A stretch of DNA of 63,679 nt from a virus. Its lineage: Duplodnaviria; Caudoviricetes. Positions within the stretch are counted from its first letter, which is position 1. Every line of letters starts with the position of its first letter. Both the position numbers and the translations under genes were made by a program. Location: positions 1-63,679 of IMG/VR virus record IMGVR_UViG_3300030102_005966, one strand, 5' to 3'. Shown piece after piece: positions 25,567-36,900 of the stretch. The notes under the pieces were generated by a model. The model saw only the letters and a program-made list of their open reading frames with translations. It did not search any database and was not told the origin of the DNA.

Positions 25567-25894
25567 GCTAACGACGACGAGATATCCCCCTAGTCCTGTT
25601 ACAGGGAAGAGGGGTGGAGGTTTCCGGACTGTATATAATACAGACTGGATAAAAACTCCCCACTACTATGGGGCTACGGATGTTATCCAACATACTGAAT
25701 GGAAATGGGGGCGCGGGGCTACCTATCTCTTGGAGATTCCGGAGGAAGCTATTGATAACAAAAAAGAAAGCTTTCCTAATGAAAGTAATTGGATGAACTT
25801 CCAAGTTCATGCTCAAGATGAACTTCTTCCCATCTTCGATGATTATGCGAGAGAGATTTATGAGAATGCTCACCGGGATGGAGTTCCATTCTAA
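25559..25894 (+). CDS. Paralog 3 of the E.NWM.F....D.LLPI.D family
   Basis: ESNWMNFQVHAQDELLPIFDD. Confidence 0.7.
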   Translation: MVKLTTTRYPPSPVTGKRGGGFRTVYNTDWIKTPHYYGATDVIQHTEWKWGRGATYLLEIPEEAIDNKKESFPNESNWMNFQVHAQDELLPIFDDYAREIYENAHRDGVPF

Positions 25895-26040
25895 ACGAAC
25901 AGAGACTAGGAAATCGTAGGAGAGCTACGATCCGGGTTCTTTTATACTTACTTATCCCGTGTGGGGTTAAGTAAGAAAGTAACTGGAAGGGTTATATTTG
26001 TTTTCCCCCAGTTCACCCTCATTGAACACTCTGTTTGTTT

Positions 26041-26081
26041 ACCCCCTTGTCTACCTCACGGTAGGCAAGGGGGTTTTTTTT
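26041..26081 (+). terminator. Intrinsic terminator ending the early block
   Basis: cccccttgtctacc-tcac-ggtaggcaaggggg followed by a T9 run. Confidence 0.85.
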
Positions 26082-26196
26082 ATGTCCACACTCCACACTC
26101 CACCATTTTTAATGGTTCGTGGTTGGCGTTAGCCAACACCAACACCCATGCCACTCCCGTATACGCGAGTATACGGGGCTTTAAAAACCCACATTT

Positions 26197-26242
26197 GCCC
26201 AGTTCTCAGTCGCACATAGCGATTGGGGGCTGGGCTTTTTTT
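26197..26242 (+). terminator. Second tandem intrinsic terminator
   Basis: gcccagttctcagtcgc...gcgattgggggctgggc followed by a T-run. Confidence 0.75.
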
Positions 26243-26602
26243 GTGCCTACGAACAGGGGGTAGGACAACGGCGGGGGGACACGCACACCTTTTTCGATTG
26301 GCGGTTTTGTATCCAAACTAGCCACCACTAAAGAGGGGGGTTGAAAAAATGAGATGATGCACCCCTTTATTTTTTGGCGTTTTTGTATCCAAGCTGGTTT
26401 CAGGGTTAATCGAGATAAGATTTCTATAGAGTTAAGTCGTTGATAATAAGGGAGGGATAACCCGTTTGAATACATTTAATTTTAGTTACAGAGTGTTAAA
26501 CCTCCCGACGAAAGTAAGTATGTGGCGGAAAAGAATTTAATTAGGGGGTGTATGAACTCGAGACACGTAGTTTTTGTATCGCCTGCCACGCAGCCGCACG
26601 CA

Positions 26603-26698
26603 GCGCGGGCTTTTTAAACTGATTTGGATACAAAATGAATTTACCGGGCGCGGGCTTTTTAAACTGATTTGGATACAAAATAAATTTACCGGGCGCGG
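26603..26698. repeat. 45-bp direct repeat x2 containing TTTGGATACAAAA
   Basis: gcgcgggctttttaaactgatttggatacaaaat(g/a)aatttaccgg at 26603 and 26648; flanked by inverted cgcagccg/cggctgcg. Confidence 0.9.
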
Positions 26699-26741
26699 AC
26701 GGCTGCGCGGGCAGCGTAATCGTTTTTGTATCCAAAGTCCT

Positions 26742-26786
26742 TACGTGTGTGCGCGTGTGCGTGTGCGTGTGCGTGTGCACACGTGT
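26742..26786. repeat. 45-nt alternating pyrimidine/purine tract, (GTGTGC)n-like
   Basis: tacgtgtgtgcgcgtgtgcgtgtgcgtgtgcgtgtgcacacgtgt. Confidence 0.9.
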
Positions 26787-26796
26787 CGCGGGGGAG

Positions 26797-26844
26797 GAGC
26801 AGGACATGTTACCCTTGAAAGAGCAGGACATGTTACCCTTGAAA
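26797..26844. repeat. 24-bp perfect tandem repeat x2
   Basis: gagcaggacatgttacccttgaaa twice. Confidence 0.9.
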
Positions 26845-26898
26845 AAGAATTGGAATCTGTTCTTTACATGTTAAAATATATGGCTATATGTTATAACC

Positions 26899-27231
26899 AT
26901 GAAGATCGTTAGAGAGATACTTCCGAACGGAGTCCCTATGGTTGTTCAAGCTGAAATAGATGAGCATAATGATATCATCGACGGTTCGGTAAAGGTGTTT
27001 CCAATCTTCCCTTCCCCTCAAGAGAATACGGAGGAAGCTTTAATGGACAGTTTAGGCACGCCCGTCATAGAACTAGACCCACACAAATGCCACATAGGGG
27101 AGGAGTTCCCCTTCGATTGTTCAAAGTTTGAGCGAAGGCTACAGAAAACCCTTAACCACAGTTACGCCAAAGAATTCCTAAAATTCATAATGAACCCTGA
27201 CCAAGACCAAGACCAAGACCAAGACCAATGA
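26899..27231 (+). CDS. Hypothetical protein ending in a (DQ)5 repeat
   Basis: 110 aa; TGTTATAAC immediately before the ATG suggests a leaderless transcript. Confidence 0.65.
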   Translation: MKIVREILPNGVPMVVQAEIDEHNDIIDGSVKVFPIFPSPQENTEEALMDSLGTPVIELDPHKCHIGEEFPFDCSKFERRLQKTLNHSYAKEFLKFIMNPDQDQDQDQDQ

Positions 27232-27575
27232 GTTTAAATCTACAACGTAAAATAGATGGAGCGGATATACGTGACGCTATCTCTGAATTATCCGGCTTCA
27301 GTTCAGCTGAACTAGCAGACCCCCAGCTAAGGTGGAATAGAAAGATAGCATCTTGGAGGGCACTCGGGCTTTACATCGGTAGGGAGCGGGGACTCTCTTA
27401 CAAAGATGTGGCTAATTTCTTTGGTGTCCACGGCATGACTGCCTACCACTCGTATAAAAAAGTAACTTATGAGTTGGCTACAGACGAAACCGTATCCAAC
27501 TTGATCAAAAAAATAGAATACAAAATAGATAACAAACATGAAAACGACGACCGCGAAATCCAAGACTCCCCTTAG
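27228..27575 (+). CDS. Stand-alone DnaA domain IV-like helix-turn-helix protein
   Basis: R.RKIASWRALGLYIGRERGLSYKDVANFFGVHGMTAYHSYKKV...D..V..LI..I follows the DnaA C-terminal pattern R...a..Rq.aMYL.r....Sl..IG..F..dHtTV.ha..KI. Confidence 0.65.
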   Translation: MSLNLQRKIDGADIRDAISELSGFSSAELADPQLRWNRKIASWRALGLYIGRERGLSYKDVANFFGVHGMTAYHSYKKVTYELATDETVSNLIKKIEYKIDNKHENDDREIQDSP

Positions 27576-27846
27576 GCACATCCCATGCCCAACTTTTGGT
27601 TACTCCGTATGGAGGGCACAGCAGGGCGTTAACCTAATCGGGCATGAGGACTTGGTTCTACTCAACTTTATAGAATGTGACAAAGGGGGCTTCCAATGCC
27701 TAAGTATGTTGACTACCGAAGAGGAAGATCGTTACCATATTCTCGGTAGCAAGGAAGACGATTTGAATACAATCCTGTTTAGTGGAACTGACAGGCGCAT
27801 GGCAGAAAGATACTTCTACCACATGGCTTCCCGATATCTAGAATAA
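27538..27846 (+). CDS. Hypothetical protein
   Basis: 102 aa, last gene before a convergent terminator. Confidence 0.6.
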   Translation: MKTTTAKSKTPLRHIPCPTFGYSVWRAQQGVNLIGHEDLVLLNFIECDKGGFQCLSMLTTEEEDRYHILGSKEDDLNTILFSGTDRRMAERYFYHMASRYLE

Positions 27847-27876
27847 GGTTCGTGCTGTCTCCTTATTCTAGGGGTG

Positions 27877-27913
27877 AACCCCGATTCGACCACTACTCGG
27901 ATCGGGGTTTTTT
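27877..27913 (+). terminator. Terminator between convergent genes
   Basis: aaccccgat...atcggggtt followed by a T-run. Confidence 0.75.
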
Positions 27914-30900
27914 ATTTACCCACCTCTTCAACGCGAGGCAATTTGCTAAACTCATCAAGATAGATGTCGAGTCGGCGTCTACCCTTACCGTCCCGAAGGG
28001 CTGGCTTGGACAATATGTTCTGTATGAAATCCCTTGTGGGTGGGATACGCCCAACCGAATTCTTATAAAGCATATTCAGACGCTGGTTGGATACATTAGC
28101 TTCCTTCATCATGCTGAAGGCTCGTTCCTTTGTTAGCCCCGCTTTCTCGCCACCACGGATTTTCCGCACCATATCATCATGCAAACGGACAAGTCCTTTG
28201 TATTCATCACGAGCCATCTGTCTTATCTCGGATTCAGTGAACTCACGAGTCTCGGAAAACAGTCTGTTTTTCTTGCTTCGGATTCGGTCATATGTTCCAC
28301 GCATATCCCCAAGGAACCTGCTAAATAACTTAGGCGCATCTACATCGTGAATCTTAAATGGTCTAATCTCTTGAGCTATTACACCCGTTGATGTGTATTC
28401 CCAATCCTCAAAATCTTCTCCGCGAACATCCCAAGCTCGGTTAACTGCCTTAAGCATTTTGGGTTCAAAAGCATCACGATAGATAAAGTTTATTAGCTTC
28501 TTGGATTTCTCTGATGGTAGGTCAATGGACTCGTAAATCGGGTTACCCGTCATGGGGTCGATGTTTCTGTAGAAGGCGTTATATAAAGTGCCCCACATGA
28601 TCTGCTCGTCCGCGAAGATATCGAATGTCAACGTCCCTAGAATATCTGCGAAGACATCTCCTTCACGGTTGTTCAACAAGGATTCCACTCCTCGGAGTAA
28701 CGGATCAAGTATAACTGCGAAGGGGTTGATAAACGTCAGGTCAAACATCTTCGGTTTCTCACCTTCCTTCTTATTGGGTAGGTAGAAGAATGTGTTGTCT
28801 CGGGCATACTCAGGAACGCCCGCCCTCATGAACTCATCCTCCTCATCACCGAAACCTAGAATACCCTTGAGCAAGTAGGAGGCTCCTATTCCCATAACGC
28901 CTAAAGTTCCACTAGCTCCTACAAACCTCCACCTACCTCGGGCTTTCTCCACAGCGTTACCGCTCTTCATTTCTTGGAGTGCTAACTTAAATGTATTCAC
29001 AGTAATTCTAGGAACCTCAGTTTTAAAACGGAGGAACGGTGAGTGGAATACATGCAACCACTTGTCTTGGAATGCCTTAACGATTGGGAGTGTTTGGCTA
29101 TAGGACTGCGAGGTCATCAGAACTTTCTTCGCAGCCATGCGCTCAAGTTCATCATCCGTCCTGTTTTGTAAATTGCTCCCGTCAGAAACCCTGTTTGCGT
29201 GATCCCTGCCTTTCTTAAGAGTCTTTAGCTCATGCTCAAAATAAGCAATCTTATGAGCCGCATCAATGGCGAACGATATATCTTTTGCTTTCTCCAGTGG
29301 AACTTCCCACAAAGCTTTCTTTGTCTTGCTCAGTAGCTTTTCGCTATTCTTCAAAAGCCTGTCCAAATCCGAAGTCATGGAATCCACAGACTTAGTGCCG
29401 GTTAGTAAATCCGAAATCAGATTTGTATTCACATCATCCCCAATAATGTTTAGGGCGTGTAGCCTCATCCGGTAGTCGTCTAATGGTTTTGTATCCATTC
29501 CAACTATCGTCCCCAGTTCCCTTCCTGTTTCTGTAAGGAGTTTCGTAATGCCCGCCCCCGGAGCTAACCCCTGCATCGGACCAAAATATATGAGGTTAGA
29601 TAAGGCGTTGCGTAGGTAGAACCCAGCTGATCCCAGTGTCTTGAAAGCCATGGATAATCCAGTTGTCCGTGAAGCAACCTCCAATGCTTTCTGCATATAG
29701 TTCTCAGCCGAATTAACTTGTGACTTCCTCACAGCCTTGCTGAAATGAGCATTCAAACCGTCCGCTAATTCAGGCGGTCCAAACAGCTCTCCTCGATTAT
29801 GCCCTTCCTCATCTATAAAATTAGTGAACGGGTCATACTTAGCAGACCTAGCCGCTCCTCCAAGGGACTGGCGTCCCCTGACTGGTATAAATTTTTCATA
29901 CTTAGTGGCTTCAACTAAGTTATCGGATTCTCTTGCCTCCCGTATTTTCTCATCCAGCTCGGCGCGAGTTAGTAGCCACCCACTCTTACGCCCGATAGTT
30001 GCCGAGTGACGTAGGAACGCTTGGTTACTAGCCATCGTCCCCACAGTCATAATGGATCTAAAGAGATTATCAAGGTTGGAAGACTCGTCGTATTCCCCTA
30101 ACAGTTTCCTCAAAGCCGGAGGCACTTCCTTGCGCTTGCGGATGTTGTCGATGAGGGGCTTGAACGGCGAACCCTCGCCGTAGCGTTTTGCCTTATTGTC
30201 TTGGTATTCAAACGAATCAACATACTCTTGAGCCGCATTCATGCCGTAAGTGTTGCCTTGGTTGAGCCTCTTGTAGTTAGCCAGTTCCTCGTCCGCTTCT
30301 GCTTTGGCTTCAGACTCGCTCATCTTAGAACTATCCATAAGCCTCTTTACAGTCGCCTCTCTGAACTGATCCTCAAAGAAATCTGCCGCCATGCTACGAA
30401 CCTTATGGAACTCAGAATCTTCCATGACCCGCTTACCCCAATCAGCCTCCGTAAACATTTTATAAGCGCGAGTTAGGTAGATGCCCATGTTGGCATCGAA
30501 GTGCGCTTTCATGCCACCCCCTAGATTGTAGAGAGAACTAACTTCAGAAGAGAGGTCATCAAGTAGATTACGAAGAGATACTAGATGATTGACCAGTTCT
30601 TTACCGTTAGGTAAACGCTCAAGAGTATAAAGAGCATTTGCCTTCTTTTCATGTAACCCGAGAGCTACCGCTTCTTCCTTGGCTTTGATCTTCGATATCC
30701 TATCATCTTGTGCCGTTTGGTAGAGAGCCAAAGCTTGGTCATACGTAATGTCCCCTGCTTTTTGTCGAGTGCCGATAGCCTCTATAGAAGTAGCGTAGTC
30801 TGTTTCAATTATAGCAAGGTCTTCTTGTGATACGTAAGCTCCCTCAGAATCTCCAATAGCGGCTGAAAGAAGAGTCGCGTCGGCTCCTTCTACAGAACCG

Positions 30901-33900
30901 AAAGATTTCTTCAGCAGTTTATCGAGCTTAGTTTTGTATTGCTTAACGACAGCTCCCACTGCTCGCTGAAACCCTCGACGATTGTCGTCTAGGTCTGTAA
31001 TGCGTCTATCCAGTTCACCTTGAAATATAGCCCACCCCGGTTTTTCATAGTCACCTGTATGGAAGAAAGGTATCTCAAGTAGCTTCTTAGCTGATGTCCC
31101 GAAGTCTACCCTACCGGAACCGATGTCTAAGGGGATATGGGACTGATCCGTTGGTTTGGATCTAAATTGGTTAGCAGGGTCTGCCTTCATACTGCTGTGC
31201 AGGCTGGCTCCGGAATCAATTAGAACCTTGGCTTTCTTCTCCCTAACCTCAGATAGGCGTAAGGAGTGGGCGGCAGTATAGCGACCTCTTAGTTTTTGGT
31301 TCCAACTCATCTCAGAAGGGGCACTTTCTACCCCTCCAAGGGATTGCTCATGGATAGCCATAAGTGTTTCGTGTGGAGCCGGACCGGGGTTAAATATATC
31401 CACAAATACAGTGCCCCCTTCTTCCTGTTCGGAAATCTCGTCAGGATAGTATGAGCGGGGCAACTCATCAGCGGATACCATGTTAATGCCCTCTCCTCTT
31501 TTTACGCCCGTTAACTGAGACAATGCGCGAGGGAATCTCTGATTATAGTTTTGGCGGTGGATGTTCCCTCCGTATTGCAGGTTCACTCCCTCTCCTCTTT
31601 GGATACTTCCGGATTTATTACCAGCCGCAACCTCTTTCCGTATGTGGTTGAGTAAGTCATCCCCAACCTTAGATGCCATAACAGAGTGGGGGACAGTTCG
31701 GATTTCCTTTTCGTAGTTCAATTCATTTTCATAACTACGCGCACCTCCTTGAGTTTCCGTAATAGCCCCATTAAAAACTAGGCTCCCTCTGAACAGGCTA
31801 CCGGACTGTCTCCGACTGGTGGGATCAACCGTGGGGGTTTGTATCAAATGACCTACTTTGTTGCCCCCTTTAAGAACAACTTCTGTTAGCACCTCGTGAG
31901 GCTCCGGCTCTTTTCCAAAGAACATTTGGGCAGTTCCTTGGACATCTGCCTTACCCATCCAAGAGCCCACCATATTAAGAAGCTTCTCAAATTGATATAG
32001 TTCGGTGGGCTCCGCTACTTTTGCCAATTCCTTTTGTAGGCGGGGGCTTATCCCCAGCAAAAAGTCGTCTATGTTATTAGTGGGGACTGCTAAGTTACCG
32101 TGGTTTTTAACTACATTGGCAGAGCGAGAACTAGCTAACTTCTTGTAGCCTTCCAATACGCCCATGAGTTTCTTAAGATTGGGGATCTTCTTAGCCTGCT
32201 TCTGTATGGATTCCTCACTTACGAAAACAAGCTCCCCTATATTCTCAACGTCACCTCCCGTTAAAAAGTTTTGATACAATTCCGAGTTCCCCTTAGCGGT
32301 GTCCGGGTATCTCGCAATCGCTTGCCTCCACTCTTGCTGTTTCTTAGGCTTCCCGGCTGACGTAAATGTCAATGGTTTGAAACGAATATGGAACCCATCC
32401 CCTTCCGGGTTGAGGGGAGCCATCATGGAAATAGACAAAGGCTCATCGGGAGTGTCGGGGATATTCCCTTGTTGGTCAGTGCTAAGCAGCGTTGGGGGTC
32501 TACCTTTTGCACGGATCACTACTCTCGGACTGCTCGCCCCCACGCCCGAAGTTATGTTATCGCCTTCAATTATATTCCACTCAACACCCTGAACATTAAA
32601 CCGTTCGGCGTCGGACTCAAAGGAATCAACGATATGCTCTCCTGTGCTCCATGTGAGGTAATCATACTTACCATTTTTGAGTGCAAAAGAAAGAACACGC
32701 TCAAGAGCTTTCTCCGCGTATTTGTCGTTATAGCGTTTAGGTGGCTTAGTGCTTCGAGCTTCTTTAGTAGTTGTATCCAAAGACACTAACTGGTCTCCAG
32801 TTCCCTTCTCACTCCACTCCAAGTGGGTAGTGTTTTGTGCAACATTACCCACCAAACCACTGGCTGTTATGACATTGAAGTGCTGCATCCCTACGCTTAA
32901 ACCTTCAATAAACTCATGTGTGCCATATTCCTCTCCCAACAAAGAAGCTAATTGGGATTGCTTACGGTCTACACCTCGGGAGTCGGATACCCAGTCTGAT
33001 TGGATTTCCTCTACGTGCAGGGCTAAACTACCGTCAGGAGTCTCCCTCTCCGTTAATCGAATATGCGCTAATATGTTATAGGCATCTTCATCAAAAGCAG
33101 TGTCAACTCCACTGCCCATAACCGCTTTCTTACCAAAATGGCGGGAGGTATGTGCCGCAGTATCCGGGTCTCGGGGAATGGTAAGGAGAATTTCTTTATA
33201 AGGTTTTTCCCCTCTCTTCCCTCTCCGTAATTCCCATGCTTGGTAGTCTTCGGAATCCTCAAAAGGAGCCCCCATAGCAGGTGCTAGATGCCTACTGTGT
33301 TCCAGCACATAATCGTGATAACCCACCGTTCGGTGGAAATGTGCTTCCTCAACAGGTGAGGCGTCTCCCCGTCTAAGTTCGCCAATAGGAACGTCTTCCC
33401 TCTCCGGAGAGGTGGGGGTTGTGTATTCCCCGGTTTCCGGATCAATGCGAAACTCTGTTGCGGTAGGGTCAATTTCTTGGGGAGCCAGTGGGTCTCCTTC
33501 TGCATACCCTTTCATCACCCCTTCAATCAAAACCTCTCCTGTGTTAGCGGTAACCTTACCCGTCTTCCAATCAATCGAGAGAACGTCACGGGCAACGGTT
33601 TCGTCCGCATAGCTATCTTGGATTCTGTTAGATATGAGGTCTTCGTAAAAGGTATACTCTATGGCAAGTCGAGATAAAGTAGATGTATCAAAAATAGCTT
33701 GGGGTTGGTAGTGGGTATCGGAATCTTTAATTACTACATCTTTGCGATTATCGGAAGCAATCCAACCACCTACTGCAAACTCCATATCTGCCTCTAAGTA
33801 GTCAGGGATTGGTTGCTTTAAATAGTTTTTCAGGTCTTTAAGTTCACCTTCCTCCGGTATCGTGAACTTACCTAAATCGAGTAAGACGCCTTGGGTAGAC

Positions 33901-36900
33901 ACGGGGTTATACTCCATTATCTCCGTAGCAAGATCGAAATCTTCCTCGGTTTCTAGCTTTCTTATCAACTGAGTATCTCCCCCGGAGAAAGCTTTGCGGA
34001 GATTAACTAGCCGATGAACTATTAGCTCAACGGTAAGCCCGTCTAAAATTTCTAATTGTTCATGAGAATTAAACAGGGGCTCTGTCCGAGTAAGGACAGC
34101 ATTTGTTATTGTTTTGTTTTGAGCTGCTAAAACAAAATTCCTAGCCATCTCCCCATCATCAAACGACTGATATGATTCCCGAAGCCCCTCAAGAAAAGCA
34201 GTTGCCCCACTTATAGTAAAGGTTTGGGTTTCAATCTGTGTGCGGAGATTAGCTACTTTCTCACGGGTGAACACATCAAACTCTGCTCCAAAGTCGTCAG
34301 CCAAAAAGTCATAAAGAGCCTCGTTTGCTCTTATATAAACGGGCTCCGAGTCTAGCTTGGGGTCATCATCAGTAAGAGGGACATCAACCAGTTCGACTCC
34401 TGTATCCCCTTTACGTAAGGAGAACCGATGTGACCTTTCAACGTCAACAATCTTAAGGTTGTTGTCGGATATAAAATCCAAAACCTCTTGCTTCAAAACC
34501 TTGCCTGCTCCGCGAATAACACTCCCCTTTTCGTCGCGGTCTTCTTGAGCGCGATCTGTATTTAGCTCCGGATTAAATGCCGCCTCAAGTCCCCGATCTA
34601 CGAGGAACTCAAACTCAGATTGAGGAACGCCCTGCTGGAAGAAAATGGCTCTAACTTGATTCCAATCTAGTCCCTTCTTTGCCCAGTTACTTTCTTCAAC
34701 CGCTTTAGCAGCTTTGGAATACCAGTAAGTTTCTTGGGTGTCCTTATCTAAAGAGGATACAAAACTAGGACCGCGCCTCGTGGCTCGGATGGATGTGTTA
34801 AGTTCTTCCGATATCCCCGCCTTCCGGAGCAAATTCAATCGGCGTTGCTTCAACATTGCCTTCATGGGCTCATTGCCTGTTTTAAACAACGTATCAACTA
34901 GCGTGTCTATTGTATCCTCCTTGACGGCGGCGACACGCCTCGCGGATCTTTTAAGGTCAGCATCTGACATACCACCAAACACCTTAGCGGACATTTCATT
35001 CATTGATGGGTCACGCAAGGATTCCCACTCAGTTACTTCATCATTCCACGCCTCACCTTTAGGAGCACCCTGTGCCCTGTATTCCAACGCTCCACCGGGA
35101 TCAATGTGTGTGGCAACATCTACCCCGATCTGTTTCCCCTTGGCGTCCACCACGGGTTGCATCATTAAATTATCAGCTACCAGCCCCACGGCATCCCAAT
35201 TTGCAAGCCACGCATGAGCTGCAAAATCCTGCTGGGCAGACTCAACATGCTCTGGATTATTTGTATCGAAAGCCTTTAACTCCGGAACCCACTCGGAAGC
35301 CGTTCCCAGCTTTCCATCTAGCTCAACAAAATAAAGCGGGACTGTGGTGGACTTAGTAACCCTGTAGAGGAGGGAAGCAAGCATTTCATTACCTGCATGA
35401 TCTCTCGACTGGGACTCCTTGTAATAAAACGTGGTCCCGTCTTTAGTTGTATAAAGACCCCCCGGATTTGACCCTAGCTGCCCCCCTATCCGCTCCCACT
35501 TGGACTCGTCAGGGCTGTGCCTCGGGTGAAGATACAGATCAGAGATATCAAAATCAGTATCAAGCCCCATATCACCATACTCCCTTCTCTCGGAACTGGC
35601 GAAGGTCTGCCTTCCCCCCAAGGCGACGGATGACAACTGCCAGTTTTTAATGGGTTTTCTATCGTCCTCTGTTTGCAGCTCATCAAACAAATCAGCGGAA
35701 GTTTCCGAAGGAGCGTATTTAAATCCGATGCTATGGGCATCCTGAAGGTCTTGAATATACTTGGCTATCTTTACTTCTTCCGCTATTGGTCCCCGCCCTT
35801 TCCGTAGATCATCAAGAACCTCGTCATCTAAAGGTTTGAGGTCGTTACCAAACCGGGCAGTTGGTAACATTATATCCCCGAAAACTGACGTTAATATAGT
35901 CCCCGCTTGTATGGTGGGGGTGTCAGGGTCTTCTGATATATATCCTTCTCCGGTAAGAGAATACCTAGCTTCTTTGGATACTTTGTCGTTAATTAAATCT
36001 AGCCTTTCCGCTGATACAGGGTTTCGTGCGAGCCACGCAGATATTGCTTTGTGGGCTGTGCGAGGAGTTCCCGCCTTAATCTCAGACTCAAGGTTATCCC
36101 CACCAAAATCTCCTGACATGGTTATACTGCGGAAAACAAAATCAGCAGCTCCCGTGGACGCCCTAAGGGAAGTCCTATTCATGTCGCTAGTGTGGAAGTT
36201 ATTACGCTCCTCAATGTCAACGATCTTGAGGGTATCCGTATTTATAGTGGCTCCGGCAGAATTTTTAATTAGATTAGAAGAATGAACTCGGTCTTTGTTC
36301 CATGGTTTAGGTTCAATCGGGTTAAAGTTTTCGTCCACCTTGCCTTCGGGAGAGAAGAACGGAACCCAAATATTTGGTGACATACCCTCAGCAGGATCAC
36401 TTTGCCAGTCCTCATACATGCGGACAGTGGTAGCTCCTGCTTCTTCAGCTACAGAAGCATTTTCCCACGAATAGAAACTACCTCCACGTAAAGCCTCTAG
36501 GGTTTTTCCATTTAAGTATCTATCTTTTATATGATCCAACTCTTGGGATAGTAATGACCTAAACTCAGCTACTACATCTTGAACACTAGTAGCTCGATAC
36601 TTTATAAAGGAATCCATCTCAGATTCATTTATATTGTTAGTGTTGGCAAAGACCTCACTAAGCGTTTGTTCAACAGGGGGTCCGGCGTCGCCTATCCGTT
36701 CACGTTGAAGGCTCTCTTTTTCCTTTGCTATTTCTTCGGCGGCTACACTATCATCCTCCTCAACCCCCATACTATAATCCTCAAGCCTACCCTCCAGTTG
36801 GTGTATAAGAAAATCTTGCTCATTTAGTGCTTCGAGAAGCTTTTTATTCTCCTCAAAATTATCCATGGCACGTTTTGAGTCCCGTTCAATTAGCGTGTCG

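Noticed and set aside
25300-25860. Similar segments in paralogs 2 and 3 as DGR template/variable repeats
   Set aside because: Differences are not restricted to adenines, both copies are coding, and no reverse transcriptase is present
25961-26912. ORFs called across the 26-26.9 kb repeat region, and likewise 13824..14283
   Set aside because: Translations mirror DNA repeats (THTHTH, duplicated peptides), cross terminators and lack an SD; treated as non-coding
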